From: Methanobacteriota archaeon | GTDB taxonomy: Archaea; Thermoplasmatota; Poseidoniia; Poseidoniales; Thalassarchaeaceae | Reading direction: 5' to 3' | Assembly (NCBI GenBank): GCA_016845365.1 | Contig: JAERST010000003.1 | Coordinates: forward strand, 8,961-72,960 | DNA: 64,000 nucleotides | Shown here: one piece after another, positions 1-9,698 of the stretch | Position numbering within the stretch: position 1 is the stretch's first letter | Layout of the letters: each line of letters starts with the position of its first letter | The notes under the pieces: generated by a model | Seen by the model: the letters and a program-made list of their open reading frames with translations, nothing else | Told to the model about the DNA's origin: nothing | The model's database searches: none | Translations under genes and position numbers: made by a program

Positions 1-2121
1 GGCGTCGACACAGTATTCGGAGAGACGCCGGAACTGCACGGATTGCTTGGTGTTCACCGCTCGCTCGAGACAGCGGAATCTCTGTTGTTTGAGCAGGCCG
101 TTGGAGTCAGCTCCTCTGAGTCCTGTGCGATTGCCACCCACGCTGCCCGAGCGGTTTTGGATGGGCAAGAGAATACCGACGAGAATGACGCTCTTGCAAT
201 TCCGGCTGGTTTGGCTCCGCTCGTCGAGAGGCTCGGGGCGATGCTCGATGCTGGCGAGATGCACGCCGAGGATCTCGAATTGACTGGACCGGAGCAGCGA
301 CGGCTGGGAGAATTATTCCACGCCGTCGAGCGAACGGACCGAGCGGCGCAGTGCTATCGCCGAGCCCATGAATTGGGTTCAGAGGATGCTGTTGCACTGC
401 GCTCGCTAGCTGCTATTCAGCGCGAGGAGGGAGATGTTGAGGCACTCGACCGCAGCCTCGAGAGACTCCTCGCAATCGACCCTGATGACGTCGAAGTTCT
501 GCAGGAACAAACCCTACTTCTATCCGGAACAGATACCGACAGAGTTGTCCGCAATAAGCGTCGACTTGAGGCACTGGGAATCGATGCTAATCCATCGGCG
601 GCGGAGAATACCATCGCCGATCTTGCAGGCCGAGCGCACGAGACGAGGATGGAGGTTGATCCGATCTCAAGCGAGCCGACAACCGCTGCTGGATGGACCG
701 AGCGGGCTGCAAAATTGATGCTTGTCGGCGAGGTTCAGACCGCCTTAGAATCGGTTGAGAATGCACTCGAATTAGACCAATCCAATCCCGACGCATGGCT
801 GCTTCACGCTCGCCTACTCTCCGCTATGGAAGGCCAAACATCCGAGGCGATACAAAGCGTCCGACGTGCGGTCGCATTGGGAGAATACGGCATTCTTCTC
901 GAGGCGGAGATTCTCGATAATGACGGCCGCCTCGAAGCCGCGCGCGAGGTCTTGCAGAAGCATTTGGAGAAAGATCCAGGCGATGCAGAAGCGCGCGGAA
1001 GACTAGCACTAATCCTTCTCAGGGCAGGCTCTCCAGAGTGGGCGCGCACAGTCCTGAACGAGGCCTCTGAACTCTCTTGGGAGAGCGCTTCCCTGCACGT
1101 CATGGACGGTCGACTACACCTCGAAGAAGCCGAGCAGCACCTCGATTCCACCGGCGTCCACGACGAGATGATTCTACTCCAAGCCCTAACCGCATTCGAT
1201 GAGGCAATTGAGCGGGACCGAGAGGCAGGTCTTGCATGGCTTGGCCGTTCACGCACCCTGCGCTACCAAGGATTCCACGATGAGGCAGAGATCGCAATTG
1301 TCCGAGCGCGACGCCTGATTCCCGAACACCCCTCAATCCCACTTGAGAGCGCTCGCTTATTCACAGAGATGGGCCGATATGACCAGGCCAATACAATGCT
1401 AGCAGAGGCCGCGACCAATCTCCACGACCACGCATCGATTCCCTACGTACGCGGCCTCATCGCAGCCCGCCAAGGAAGAATGGCAGAGGCCCAGAGCATG
1501 TTCACAAAGGTTCTCGAGCGAGACCCCGAACACTCACGCGCTCGCCTCAATCGCTGTTCCTCAGCCCTACTTCGTGAGGACTTGACGACCGCTCTAGACG
1601 ACGCGAACCTCCTCGTTGAGCAACGCCCAGACCTGGACATGGCTCGCCAGCGTAGGGCAGAGATTCTGATGAATCTCGCAGATTGGACAGAGGCTGAAGC
1701 CGAACTTCGCCGCCTCTCCGAGCGCAACCCTCAGCACGTGATGGCGCTCGTCCACCTCGGCACTTGCCTGAATGCGATGGACCGTGCCGAGCAAGCAGAA
1801 ATCCCACTCAACCGAGCCTTGCAAATCAACCCTAATCACTCGGATGCATGGTATCAACGCGGCCTCCTCTACCTTGATTTCGGCCGCCTCGAAGAAGCAT
1901 TCTCCGACTTCAAGAGCGCAGCAGCAGTCGACCCACGACACCTCGATGCCCGCCTTCGAATCGCCGCAATTCTCCACGATGCGGGCGACCCAGCCAAGGC
2001 GATTGCCGCATGGCGCGATGTCCTCGATGTCGACCCAGAGCACAGACTCGCGCGAAGAAGACTCGAGGAATCGCGCGAAAGAGTCGAGTCAACAGCACCC
2101 CGCCTAGAAACGCAGGATTGA
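1..2121 (+). CDS. TPR-repeat protein (5' end may lie outside the window)
   Basis: ORF 43..2121 begins at a TTG and has no in-frame stop back to base 1. The translation is a long array of Ala/Leu/Arg-rich helical repeats of about 34 aa (e.g. AWLLHARLL, AWYQRGLLYLDFGRLEEAFSDFKSA), typical of TPR. Confidence 0.6.
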   Translation, partial: GVDTVFGETPELHGLLGVHRSLETAESLLFEQAVGVSSSESCAIATHAARAVLDGQENTDENDALAIPAGLAPLVERLGAMLDAGEMHAEDLELTGPEQRRLGELFHAVERTDRAAQCYRRAHELGSEDAVALRSLAAIQREEGDVEALDRSLERLLAIDPDDVEVLQEQTLLLSGTDTDRVVRNKRRLEALGIDANPSAAENTIADLAGRAHETRMEVDPISSEPTTAAGWTERAAKLMLVGEVQTALESVENALELDQSNPDAWLLHARLLSAMEGQTSEAIQSVRRAVALGEYGILLEAEILDNDGRLEAAREVLQKHLEKDPGDAEARGRLALILLRAGSPEWARTVLNEASELSWESASLHVMDGRLHLEEAEQHLDSTGVHDEMILLQALTAFDEAIERDREAGLAWLGRSRTLRYQGFHDEAEIAIVRARRLIPEHPSIPLESARLFTEMGRYDQANTMLAEAATNLHDHASIPYVRGLIAARQGRMAEAQSMFTKVLERDPEHSRARLNRCSSALLREDLTTALDDANLLVEQRPDLDMARQRRAEILMNLADWTEAEAELRRLSERNPQHVMALVHLGTCLNAMDRAEQAEIPLNRALQINPNHSDAWYQRGLLYLDFGRLEEAFSDFKSAAAVDPRHLDARLRIAAILHDAGDPAKAIAAWRDVLDVDPEHRLARRRLEESRERVESTAPRLETQD

Positions 2122-2176
2122 ATCACCCGTCCTCAAACACAGGATTGATTCGTCCCTCCGTAGGATTGAATCGGAG

Positions 2177-2749
2177 ATGCCACCTCGTCCCAGCATGCCT
2201 GGACCACGAGGAATCGAACCCGGAGACGCAGCGCCTGACTTCACACTACCAAATGCCAACCGTTCAGCCGGCGCTGAAACCCTCAGTCTCTCCGACGCTT
2301 CCGGCACCGCCGGAACCGTCGTCATGTTCACCTGCAACCACTGCCCATATGTGGTGGGGTCAGAGGAGCGAATAGAGGCGATGGCGAGCAAGGCAAGGGA
2401 CCTTGGAATGGGTTTTGTGGGAATCAATTCGAATGACCCAATCGTCTACGAATCGGACAACTGGGACGCTATGGTCAAGCGCGCGGACAAGGGCATGAGC
2501 TACGCCTACCTCCACGACGAAACCCAAGAAACCGCACACGCTTACGGGGCCGAACGCACACCCGAATTCTACCTGTTAGAGGGAGGCGGCGCGGTGGTTT
2601 ACCGTGGCCGCCTCGACGACTCGCCGCGCAATCCAATGGATGCGACGACGGCTGAACTTGTGGAAGCGATGGACGCACTAGCGGCTGGCGAGTCGATTGC
2701 TAATTCTCGCACCGATTCCATCGGTTGCTCGGTCAAATGGAAGCAGTAG
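2177..2749 (+). CDS. Thioredoxin-fold redoxin (AhpC/TSA-like) protein
   Basis: ATG preceded by GGAG. Has the FTCNHCPYV CxxC motif and the PDFTLP N-terminal motif typical of redoxin family proteins. Confidence 0.7.
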   Translation: MPPRPSMPGPRGIEPGDAAPDFTLPNANRSAGAETLSLSDASGTAGTVVMFTCNHCPYVVGSEERIEAMASKARDLGMGFVGINSNDPIVYESDNWDAMVKRADKGMSYAYLHDETQETAHAYGAERTPEFYLLEGGGAVVYRGRLDDSPRNPMDATTAELVEAMDALAAGESIANSRTDSIGCSVKWKQ

Positions 2750-2926
2750 GCTCTCAAAGTTCACTTCTGACACTGCAAATTTTCTACACAGTAAGATCGT
2801 AAGATTTGGGTGACGAGGGTCGACTAAAAGCAAAGCGAGATTGATGGAAATCGGCCGCGAAGCGGACCTCAAATGAACGCTGTCGGTCGCAAGAGCGACC
2901 GACTCTATCGACCAGAGGAACAACAA

Positions 2927-3349
2927 CTAGTATTGTTCCAAGACTAACTCAGTTTGAGTCGATGTGATGTCACCGGGAGCGGTGAGCCACATTCGGTCGA
3001 GAAGATCGCGAAGCGCGACCGTATCATCGACGTGAACGATTCCAATCAAGTCGGCGTCGCCAGAAATCTCGTAGACGCACTCGACGCCGGTCCATCCAGC
3101 GAACTCTCCAGCGAGGCTACCAATCTCAGTTCCAGGTCCAACCTTGATGCGAACAAGAGCGGTCAAACCGATGCCAGCCTCGCGAATTGTATACCCGCGC
3201 ACAACGCCTTCTTCCTCCATGCGCTTCATGCGTGTGCGCACGGTTCGCTCGGTAACCCCGACCTGTTTTGCAATCTCTACGAAGGGGGCTCTGGCGGACT
3301 CGCGGAGTACGGCGAGGATCGATCGGTCAAGGGAGTCTACGGCAACCAT
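2927..3349 (-). CDS. Lrp/AsnC family transcriptional regulator
   Basis: 140 aa. N-terminal HTH (LDRSILAVLRESARAPFVEIAKQVGVTERTVRTRMKRMEEEGVV) followed by an AsnC-type ligand domain. Confidence 0.85.
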   Translation of the reverse strand: MVAVDSLDRSILAVLRESARAPFVEIAKQVGVTERTVRTRMKRMEEEGVVRGYTIREAGIGLTALVRIKVGPGTEIGSLAGEFAGWTGVECVYEISGDADLIGIVHVDDTVALRDLLDRMWLTAPGDITSTQTELVLEQY

Positions 3350-3492
3350 GCGGCCTTCCGATTTTGGAACCCTATTTGTATGTTAGGTGCTAATTGTCAC
3401 AAATTTGCATCAATATTTTTTCCGGATTTCGGATAATTTCTTTGTTAAATGTCGAAGTTGCATTCAAATGGGACGCCGTTCCGTTCGTATCG

Positions 3493-3927
3493 ATGGGCGC
3501 GGATGAGGGGTACACTCAGCTGAAGGTCCAGCAGTATCTGGATGACGTCTCTAGGCTCGACATTTCCGCCGATCAAACCCAATGGTACAACGTCGACGTG
3601 GCGAACGTGCTCTCTGGAACTCGAATACTCGGTCACGAGGTCGACGAGCACTCGGGCTCGTCGCTTCTTTTTCTTGAGCGGAGCGTGATGCTTTGCTGTC
3701 CCGAGTCCGGTAGGATGCATCATTTTCCGAAGCATTTGTTGCATTGTTTTGTAGATGATAATCGAACGAAATGCGACGCGCCGGATGGCGTATTGGTGCG
3801 CGCAGAGTTGTTCTCGATTACGCCGAACGGCGAGCAACTCGCATGGGAGCGCTGTTGCCGGTCTGAGATGGAAGTGCCCGGCGTTCAGAATGCGGTTGCT
3901 CGCTGGCTATCTTGGTTGAATGCCTGA
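3493..3927 (+). CDS. Hypothetical Cys/His-rich protein
   Basis: ORF 3394..3927; the first ATG is at 3493. Third-codon positions are mostly G/C, as in neighbouring genes. No family recognised. A competing antisense ORF (3445..3837) has an unprotein-like KKKKRRAR composition. Confidence 0.4.
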   Translation: MGADEGYTQLKVQQYLDDVSRLDISADQTQWYNVDVANVLSGTRILGHEVDEHSGSSLLFLERSVMLCCPESGRMHHFPKHLLHCFVDDNRTKCDAPDGVLVRAELFSITPNGEQLAWERCCRSEMEVPGVQNAVARWLSWLNA

Positions 3928-4011
3928 AGCGGTGCCTCGATTGGACGGGAGACTGCACTTCGGCGGCTGCGCGGCGGTATCTTGAGAAGGCGCCCGCCGG
4001 TCGCCGGTTCA

Positions 4012-5262
4012 ATGGGTACTCGCATCTCGCGCGTGCACGGTCGGATGGTTCTCGATTCGCGAGGTAATCCGACCGTAGAGGTCGATTGTCTGACTGAGGG
4101 CGGTGTGCTTGGACGGGCGATGGTCCCCTCCGGCGCTAGTACTGGAAGACACGAAGCGGTCGAGCTTCGTGATGGTGGTGAGCGCTGGGTCGGAAAGGGA
4201 GTCGATGGTGCGGTCGCCAATGTGAATGGGGCGATTGCAGAGGCTCTGATTGGCATGGATTCGGCCAACCAAGGCGCTGTTGACGCTGCTATGTTGGCGC
4301 TTGATTCCACCGCGAATAAGGGTGAAATTGGTGCAAATGCGATGCTCGGTGTATCGATGGCTTGCTTGCGGGCGAGTGTTGGCGGCGGCGAGATTTGGCG
4401 ACATTTGGCAGCGGGCGGTGATGGCTCAACGAGTCTGCCGGTGCCGCTGATGAACATCCTCAATGGTGGAGCGCACGCAAACTCGAATGTCGATGTGCAG
4501 GAATTCATGGTGGTTCCTCACGGCTTCGATTCTTTCCCGGAGGCGCTTCGCGCGGGTGTGGAAATCTACCACTCGCTACGAGCCGTGCTGAAGGAGGCCG
4601 GTCTGCTTGGTGGGGTTGGAGACGAGGGAGGATTCGCTCCGAACTTGCCACGAAATGAGGAGGGTCTTCGCTTCGTGGTCGATGCGATTACCGGTGCGGG
4701 GTATGCGCCTGGTGAGCAAGTTTCGATTGCACTCGATGTTGCGAGCCAGGAATTTCTCCACGAGGATGGTTACCATATCGACGGGGGCGTGTTGAGTGGT
4801 TCCGAGTTGGGGCGATTGTACTCCTCGTGGTTGGATGATTACCCGATTGTGTCGATCGAGGACCCATTCGGCGAGGATGATTGGGACTCTTGGATTGAGT
4901 TTACTCAGCGAGAGGGGCACCGAGTGCAAGTCGTTGGGGATGACCTCTATGTGACCAACCCCGAGCGCTTGGCGAAGGGAATTGAGATTGGCGCATCGAA
5001 TGCGATTCTAATCAAACTCAATCAGATTGGAACGGTCACCGAGACTCTCGAGGTCATTGCAATGGCCAAGGCTGCTGGCTTTGGTACAATCATCTCTCAC
5101 CGCTCGGGAGAGACGGCTGATTCGATCATCTCCGACATCGCTGTTGGAACTGACGCGGGACAAATCAAGACGGGCGCACCAGCCCGCTCAGACCGCACGG
5201 CCAAGTACAATCAACTTCTCAGAATAGCCGAGCAGTGCAGCGATTACGCGCAAATATTCTGA
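4012..5262 (+). CDS. eno: Enolase (phosphopyruvate hydratase)
   Basis: Start [24 protein letters not shown]. Motifs [35 protein letters not shown]. The track start at 3982 is a TTG; the ATG is at 4012. Confidence 0.95.
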   Translation: MGTRISRVHGRMVLDSRGNPTVEVDCLTEGGVLGRAMVPSGASTGRHEAVELRDGGERWVGKGVDGAVANVNGAIAEALIGMDSANQGAVDAAMLALDSTANKGEIGANAMLGVSMACLRASVGGGEIWRHLAAGGDGSTSLPVPLMNILNGGAHANSNVDVQEFMVVPHGFDSFPEALRAGVEIYHSLRAVLKEAGLLGGVGDEGGFAPNLPRNEEGLRFVVDAITGAGYAPGEQVSIALDVASQEFLHEDGYHIDGGVLSGSELGRLYSSWLDDYPIVSIEDPFGEDDWDSWIEFTQREGHRVQVVGDDLYVTNPERLAKGIEIGASNAILIKLNQIGTVTETLEVIAMAKAAGFGTIISHRSGETADSIISDIAVGTDAGQIKTGAPARSDRTAKYNQLLRIAEQCSDYAQIF

Positions 5263-5283
5263 GTTGGACAAACCTTAGCAGGC

Positions 5284-6234
5284 TTAACTCTCTAGGCTTG
5301 CGAGAAGCAAGGGAAGAACGATTGTTGCATCGGACTCGATGACGAATCGAGGTGTATCGAGTCCGAGTTTTCCCCAACTAATTTTCTCATTTGGCGGCGC
5401 GCCCGAGTAACCTCCGTACGACGGGCGCGACTCAGAAATCTGAGCAAACCAAGCCCACAACGGAACTTCTTCTCCGACATCTTGGCGCAGCATCGGAACG
5501 ACACAAATCGCGAAGTCGCCAGCGATGCCGCCGCCAACCTGCAGAATGCCGGTTGGTGAATCATCCTCGCGATACCAATCAGCAAGGGCCTGCATCGCAT
5601 GCAGTCCGCCCTTGACAATGTCCGCGCTCTGAATCGTACAATCAATTACGCGCGAGACCAAGATATTGCCCAGAGTCGAGTCCTCCCAGCCTGGGACAAA
5701 GATTGGCAGGTTAGCATCAGCGGCAGCCAACAACCAGGAATCGTTTGAGTCCGAATCGAATTCAAGCTCCCCGTGAAGCAATAGATCGTAGAGATATTCG
5801 TGTGGATAGCGCTTGTCACCGGCCGCCTCAGCATCCTTCCACAGTTGCAGTAAAGGCTTCTCGATGTAGCGAATTGCCTCCTCTTCTGGTATTGCAACAT
5901 CTGTCACTCGATTCATCCCGCGCTCGGCCAAATCAGCATCAGCCTGAGCGCTCCAGTCACGCCAATCATCAACCCGCTCATACGAGGAATCCGCCACCAA
6001 TCGGAACAAATCCTCCTCCAAATTCGCCCCAGTACAACAAATCGCATGCACTTTCTGAGCACGTATCGCCGGCGCCAAAGAGCGACCGATACCGGCAGTC
6101 GACATGGCCCCTGCCAAGGTCACGATTAGACGTCCGTCACCACCGAGGAAACCGTTCAGGGACTCTGCACAATCGGCCAACGCACCTGCATTGAAGTGAT
6201 GGTAATGGCGCTGAATAAATTCACGAATCGCCAT
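5284..6234 (-). CDS. dys: Deoxyhypusine synthase family protein
   Basis: 316 aa with HFNAG, GGGIAGDF and the C-terminal NEKISWGKL signature of the DS family. Confidence 0.8.
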   Translation of the reverse strand: MAIREFIQRHYHHFNAGALADCAESLNGFLGGDGRLIVTLAGAMSTAGIGRSLAPAIRAQKVHAICCTGANLEEDLFRLVADSSYERVDDWRDWSAQADADLAERGMNRVTDVAIPEEEAIRYIEKPLLQLWKDAEAAGDKRYPHEYLYDLLLHGELEFDSDSNDSWLLAAADANLPIFVPGWEDSTLGNILVSRVIDCTIQSADIVKGGLHAMQALADWYREDDSPTGILQVGGGIAGDFAICVVPMLRQDVGEEVPLWAWFAQISESRPSYGGYSGAPPNEKISWGKLGLDTPRFVIESDATIVLPLLLASLES

Positions 6235-6237
6235 GAT

Positions 6238-6639
6238 TCAAGCCTCCTCTCTGCCCTCGAGATCACGGTGAAGGAACCTCTCGACAACCTCGCGGCGCAT
6301 CTGAATCAAACCATCCATCGCGCCGCGCAGAGCCTCATCCAAAGCATCTGAAACAATCTCAGGGTCGCTCCCGCCACAGGTGAAGGAATCGATGGCCAGC
6401 CAGCCATTATCGTAGTAGCAATGAGCGCTGATGTGGCTCTCATCAAGAAGCACGACGGCAGCAAATCCAGTCGGCGAAACGCTGCCGTCGAATTCCTCGA
6501 CATGCGAATGCACAATCCGCACACCAGCAGCATTCGCAGCCTCGACCATTCGCTCGAGCATCCAGCCCCCGTCGTGCACACCGTTGCGGTGGTAACCGGT
6601 GTAGTCGACGTAGACGTGCTTGCCGTGAGAGCGAGTCAT
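6238..6639 (-). CDS. speH: Pyruvoyl-dependent S-adenosylmethionine decarboxylase proenzyme (SpeH-type)
   Basis: LDESHISAHCY self-cleavage (ES) motif, small size. Probable ATG at 6639 (MTRSHGKHVYVDY); the track ORF extends to 6684. Confidence 0.7.
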   Translation of the reverse strand: MTRSHGKHVYVDYTGYHRNGVHDGGWMLERMVEAANAAGVRIVHSHVEEFDGSVSPTGFAAVVLLDESHISAHCYYDNGWLAIDSFTCGGSDPEIVSDALDEALRGAMDGLIQMRREVVERFLHRDLEGREEA

Positions 6640-6743
6640 CAAACAACCTCGAACGAGTCTGCTCGGTGCTAGTCCCGATTTCAATGATTCTCAGGCCACG
6701 CGCAAGGGCGCTCGCCAAAAATCAAGCCCGCAGCGCGCTGATT

Positions 6744-7874
6744 TCAGCAAAGCCAAGCCTTCAGTCGACGCAATCCCTCGTGGATTACTTCTTCATCGGC
6801 GGCGTACGAAATCCGCACGAATCCCTCGCCGCCAGCAATCAAACTCGCTGGAATCAATTGCACTCCAGCCGCCAGCGCTCCATCGGCAAATTCGACATCG
6901 GTCATGCCGGTTCCCGTGACGTCGACAAAGGCGTAGAATGCCCCCTCAGACTCGCCAACGCGCAAACCGGGAATCTCGGACAAACCCTCCAAGACAATCT
7001 CGCGTCGCTTCTGGTACTCTGCGTTGAATCGATCGACTGCGTCGTCGCACGATAGGGCGACGCGCGCGGCTTCCATGAGGAAAGTCGGGATGTGGGAAGC
7101 CGAGTTTGCTTGAGATTTGATTGCAGCTTTCATCGCATCGGGCGGTCCTGCGAGGAAGCCGATGCGCATACCGGTCATCGCCCATGATTTCGACCAGCCG
7201 TTGACGATGAGCGTTCGTTCGGCGCCGCCGGGAATGGTTGCAGGAGAGACGTGAGGGTAGTCCATCCAATTCAGGCGGGCGTAGATTTCGTCTGAGACAA
7301 TCCACAGGTCGTGTTCGACCGCGATTTCGACAATTTCACGAATCTCTTCGGGAGTGTAAACCGCGCCTGTCGGGTTGCAGGGGGAGTTGAGTAGTATCAT
7401 CCGGGTCTTGTCGGTGATCGCGGCGCGGATGGCATCCAAATCAGGATGGAAATTGTCCCGGCGAACGGGCACGTTCACCGGCACCGCTCCGATGAGATTG
7501 AGCATCGGTTCGTAACTCGCCCACGATGGTGCGAGAAGAATCGCCTCATCGCCTGGCATCGTGGTTACCATGAATGAGTAGAGCAATGCTTGCTTTGCTC
7601 CAGGTGTAATCACCACATCCTCGGCGCTCACCTCAACATCGTGATGTCGAGCCAAATACTCGGCCACGGCTTGACACAAATCCATCGCGCCCGGGCCGCG
7701 CGTATACTTCGTATTCCCAGCCTCAAGACCGGCAACTGCAGCATCGATTACCTCGCGCGGCGTATCAAATCCAGGTTCACCCACAGTCCAGCGAACGACC
7801 TCAGGACCAGGGGGTTGCAGGTATGGTGCGAAGCCCACACCCAGCCCATCGTAGCGCGAAGCGATGCGTGGCAC
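6744..7874 (-). CDS. Class I/II pyridoxal-phosphate aminotransferase (aspartate aminotransferase-like)
   Basis: 376 aa. Motifs GEPGFDTP, NSPCNPTG, SKSWAMTGMRIG (PLP lysine), RISYA. Confidence 0.85.
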   Translation of the reverse strand: MPRIASRYDGLGVGFAPYLQPPGPEVVRWTVGEPGFDTPREVIDAAVAGLEAGNTKYTRGPGAMDLCQAVAEYLARHHDVEVSAEDVVITPGAKQALLYSFMVTTMPGDEAILLAPSWASYEPMLNLIGAVPVNVPVRRDNFHPDLDAIRAAITDKTRMILLNSPCNPTGAVYTPEEIREIVEIAVEHDLWIVSDEIYARLNWMDYPHVSPATIPGGAERTLIVNGWSKSWAMTGMRIGFLAGPPDAMKAAIKSQANSASHIPTFLMEAARVALSCDDAVDRFNAEYQKRREIVLEGLSEIPGLRVGESEGAFYAFVDVTGTGMTDVEFADGALAAGVQLIPASLIAGGEGFVRISYAADEEVIHEGLRRLKAWLC

Positions 7875-8055
7875 GGCGGGGAGCGGATGACGACCGGCCT
7901 TGAACGTATGCGGGCGTGAGGGTGAGGGAGCCTGAGCTGGTTATGCGAGCAGGAGGATGCACAGCCGTGAACTGGTTAGGTCCACGAGCGGAGGAACTCG
8001 GCTCAACTGCACTCCGAACATTCTTCAAGTGGGGGTCGGGGGTCGCCAATCCACA

Positions 8056-8129
8056 GCACGAGTGGCAGAGCAGCTATGCAACGGACTGCAGATCCGTGGA
8101 CCCGGGTGCAAATCCCGGCTTGTGCTCCA
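8056..8129 (+). tRNA. tRNA-Cys (GCA), with encoded CCA
   Basis: Hand-folded cloverleaf. Acceptor gcacgag/cttgtgc (one G-U). Anticodon arm acgga-CTGCAGA-tccgt. T arm ccggg-tgcaaat-cccgg. Discriminator t, then cca. The D and T loops are atypical (see findings). Confidence 0.75.
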
Positions 8130-8163
8130 ATTTTACTGCGAATCAGCGGTAGCGTTCGGGCTC

Positions 8164-9111
8164 CTAAATGGGAAATGCTTCCTCGTCGATATTTCCTCCT
8201 GAGAGGATTAGTCCGACGCTACCGATGCCGCTCAGTGCGCTGAATTCCGGTTGCAGCACGGCGGCCAGAACAGTTGCTGATGATGGTTCTACGACGATGT
8301 CGAGGTGCTCTTTGATGAGCGACATCGCGGCGAGGACATCTTCGTCCGAGACGGTGATGATGTCCTCGAGATGCTCGGACAGAATTCCAAATGTCAAGTC
8401 CGAGAGGGATGTTAGCAGACCATCGCAGATGGTGTCTGGGCCGGTCTGCGGAATCAATTTGCCCGCGGCGAGCGAGCGCGCCGCGTCGTCCGCGCCCTTC
8501 GGCTCAGCCCCGAAGATACGGGCCTGTGGAAGCAGGGCGCGAGTTGTGATACTGCTTCCTGAGAGAAGGCCACCGCCGCCGATTGGGGCGATGATTGCAT
8601 CGAGCGGCCCCGCTGCATCGATCAATTCGAGGGCCGCGGTGCCTTGTCCTGCGACGACGTGAGGGTTGTCGAACGGGTGCACAAATGTCGCCCCGGTTCT
8701 CTCCATTACCGCCGCCGCGGCTCTCTCCCGAGCCTCCAAGGTCGGCTCGCAAAAAGTGATCTCAGCCCCATGGCTACGTACACCTTCGACTTTGACGCGC
8801 GGCGCAGTCTCAGGCATCACGATGTAGGCTGGAACGCCGCGCTGCTTGGCTGCGAGGGCGATGGCTTGGGCATGATTTCCGCTTGAATGAGTACAGATTC
8901 CGCGCTCGGCCAGCACGCCCAAGAGCGCCACAGCATTGCTTGCCCCGCGAAATTTGAAGGCGCCGACATGCTGCAGATTTTCGCATTTGAAGAATAAGCG
9001 CCGGCCTGCCAATGAATCGAGAGCCAGCGAGGTCAGGACAGGAGTTCGGGCAACTAGGCCCTCGATCCGAGCCGCGGCCGCACGGACATTCTCAAATTCG
9101 ACGGCCGCCAT
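8164..9111 (-). CDS. PLP-dependent serine/threonine dehydratase (serine racemase-like)
   Basis: FKCENLQHVGAFKFRGASNA PLP-lysine motif, SSGNHAQA, GGGGLLSG glycine loop; 315 aa without an ACT domain. Confidence 0.85.
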   Translation of the reverse strand: MAAVEFENVRAAAARIEGLVARTPVLTSLALDSLAGRRLFFKCENLQHVGAFKFRGASNAVALLGVLAERGICTHSSGNHAQAIALAAKQRGVPAYIVMPETAPRVKVEGVRSHGAEITFCEPTLEARERAAAAVMERTGATFVHPFDNPHVVAGQGTAALELIDAAGPLDAIIAPIGGGGLLSGSSITTRALLPQARIFGAEPKGADDAARSLAAGKLIPQTGPDTICDGLLTSLSDLTFGILSEHLEDIITVSDEDVLAAMSLIKEHLDIVVEPSSATVLAAVLQPEFSALSGIGSVGLILSGGNIDEEAFPI

Positions 9112-9213
9112 CTTCCCTCATCCCGTCGAAGGAGCCACAGGGCATCACTTCTGCGGCGACATCAACCATCGTGCGGCGGCGTGTTCAAGCCGGATGCGCG
9201 CCTCGACAAACCG

Positions 9214-9639
9214 ATGACGGAATCCTATCCCGACTTCACAGTCCATGCCGTCATCGGTTCAATCCTCATCCTCGATGCGGTAATTCTCGGCTTTGCCCCA
9301 GCCGGCCCGTGGGATTCTCCTTCGTTCACCCTTGGAATAATCGGCATGGCCGGCTTAGGTTTCTGGTACGTGGCTTGGTATCGATTCACCTTCAGCCGAA
9401 AGGGGCTCATCCCGTGGATAGACCGATGGCAAGACCCTCATGGCTCCTCGCGAAAAGTCCTCGCAGCAGGTGTCGGAACCCTCGCGCTATCATGGGTCGC
9501 AGGAAATCCCGCCCAACCTCATTTACCAGACCCAACCGGACTAGTTCTGATGCTAATCGGCCTACTGATTTCTCTCTCCGGAATCTACGCAATGCTCGCA
9601 AGCGGCCCCCTCGCAGATTCTCCCGAAGAAGCCGAGTGA
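9214..9639 (+). CDS. Hypothetical membrane protein
   Basis: Four hydrophobic segments and an acidic C-terminus. The overlapping Arg-rich frame 9012..9653 was judged spurious. Confidence 0.5.
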   Translation: MTESYPDFTVHAVIGSILILDAVILGFAPAGPWDSPSFTLGIIGMAGLGFWYVAWYRFTFSRKGLIPWIDRWQDPHGSSRKVLAAGVGTLALSWVAGNPAQPHLPDPTGLVLMLIGLLISLSGIYAMLASGPLADSPEEAE

Positions 9640-9698
9640 AGCGGCTGAAATGACCGAGTAAAGCAGCTGAAGAACGAAGCTGACCAACCAGAAACAGC

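Noticed and set aside
7875-8055. A 180-nt stretch upstream of tRNA-Cys, examined for a second tRNA or other small RNA on either strand.
   Set aside because: No cloverleaf could be folded. There is no T-loop GTTCRAAT or its complement, and no C/D box pair. It is probably a promoter or leader region.
9012-9653. A 213-aa Arg/Pro/Ser-rich ORF overlapping the membrane-protein frame 9181-9639.
   Set aside because: Its composition (RRR, SRS, PRP runs) is unlike the acidic proteome seen in every confident gene here. The alternative frame gives clean TM helices.
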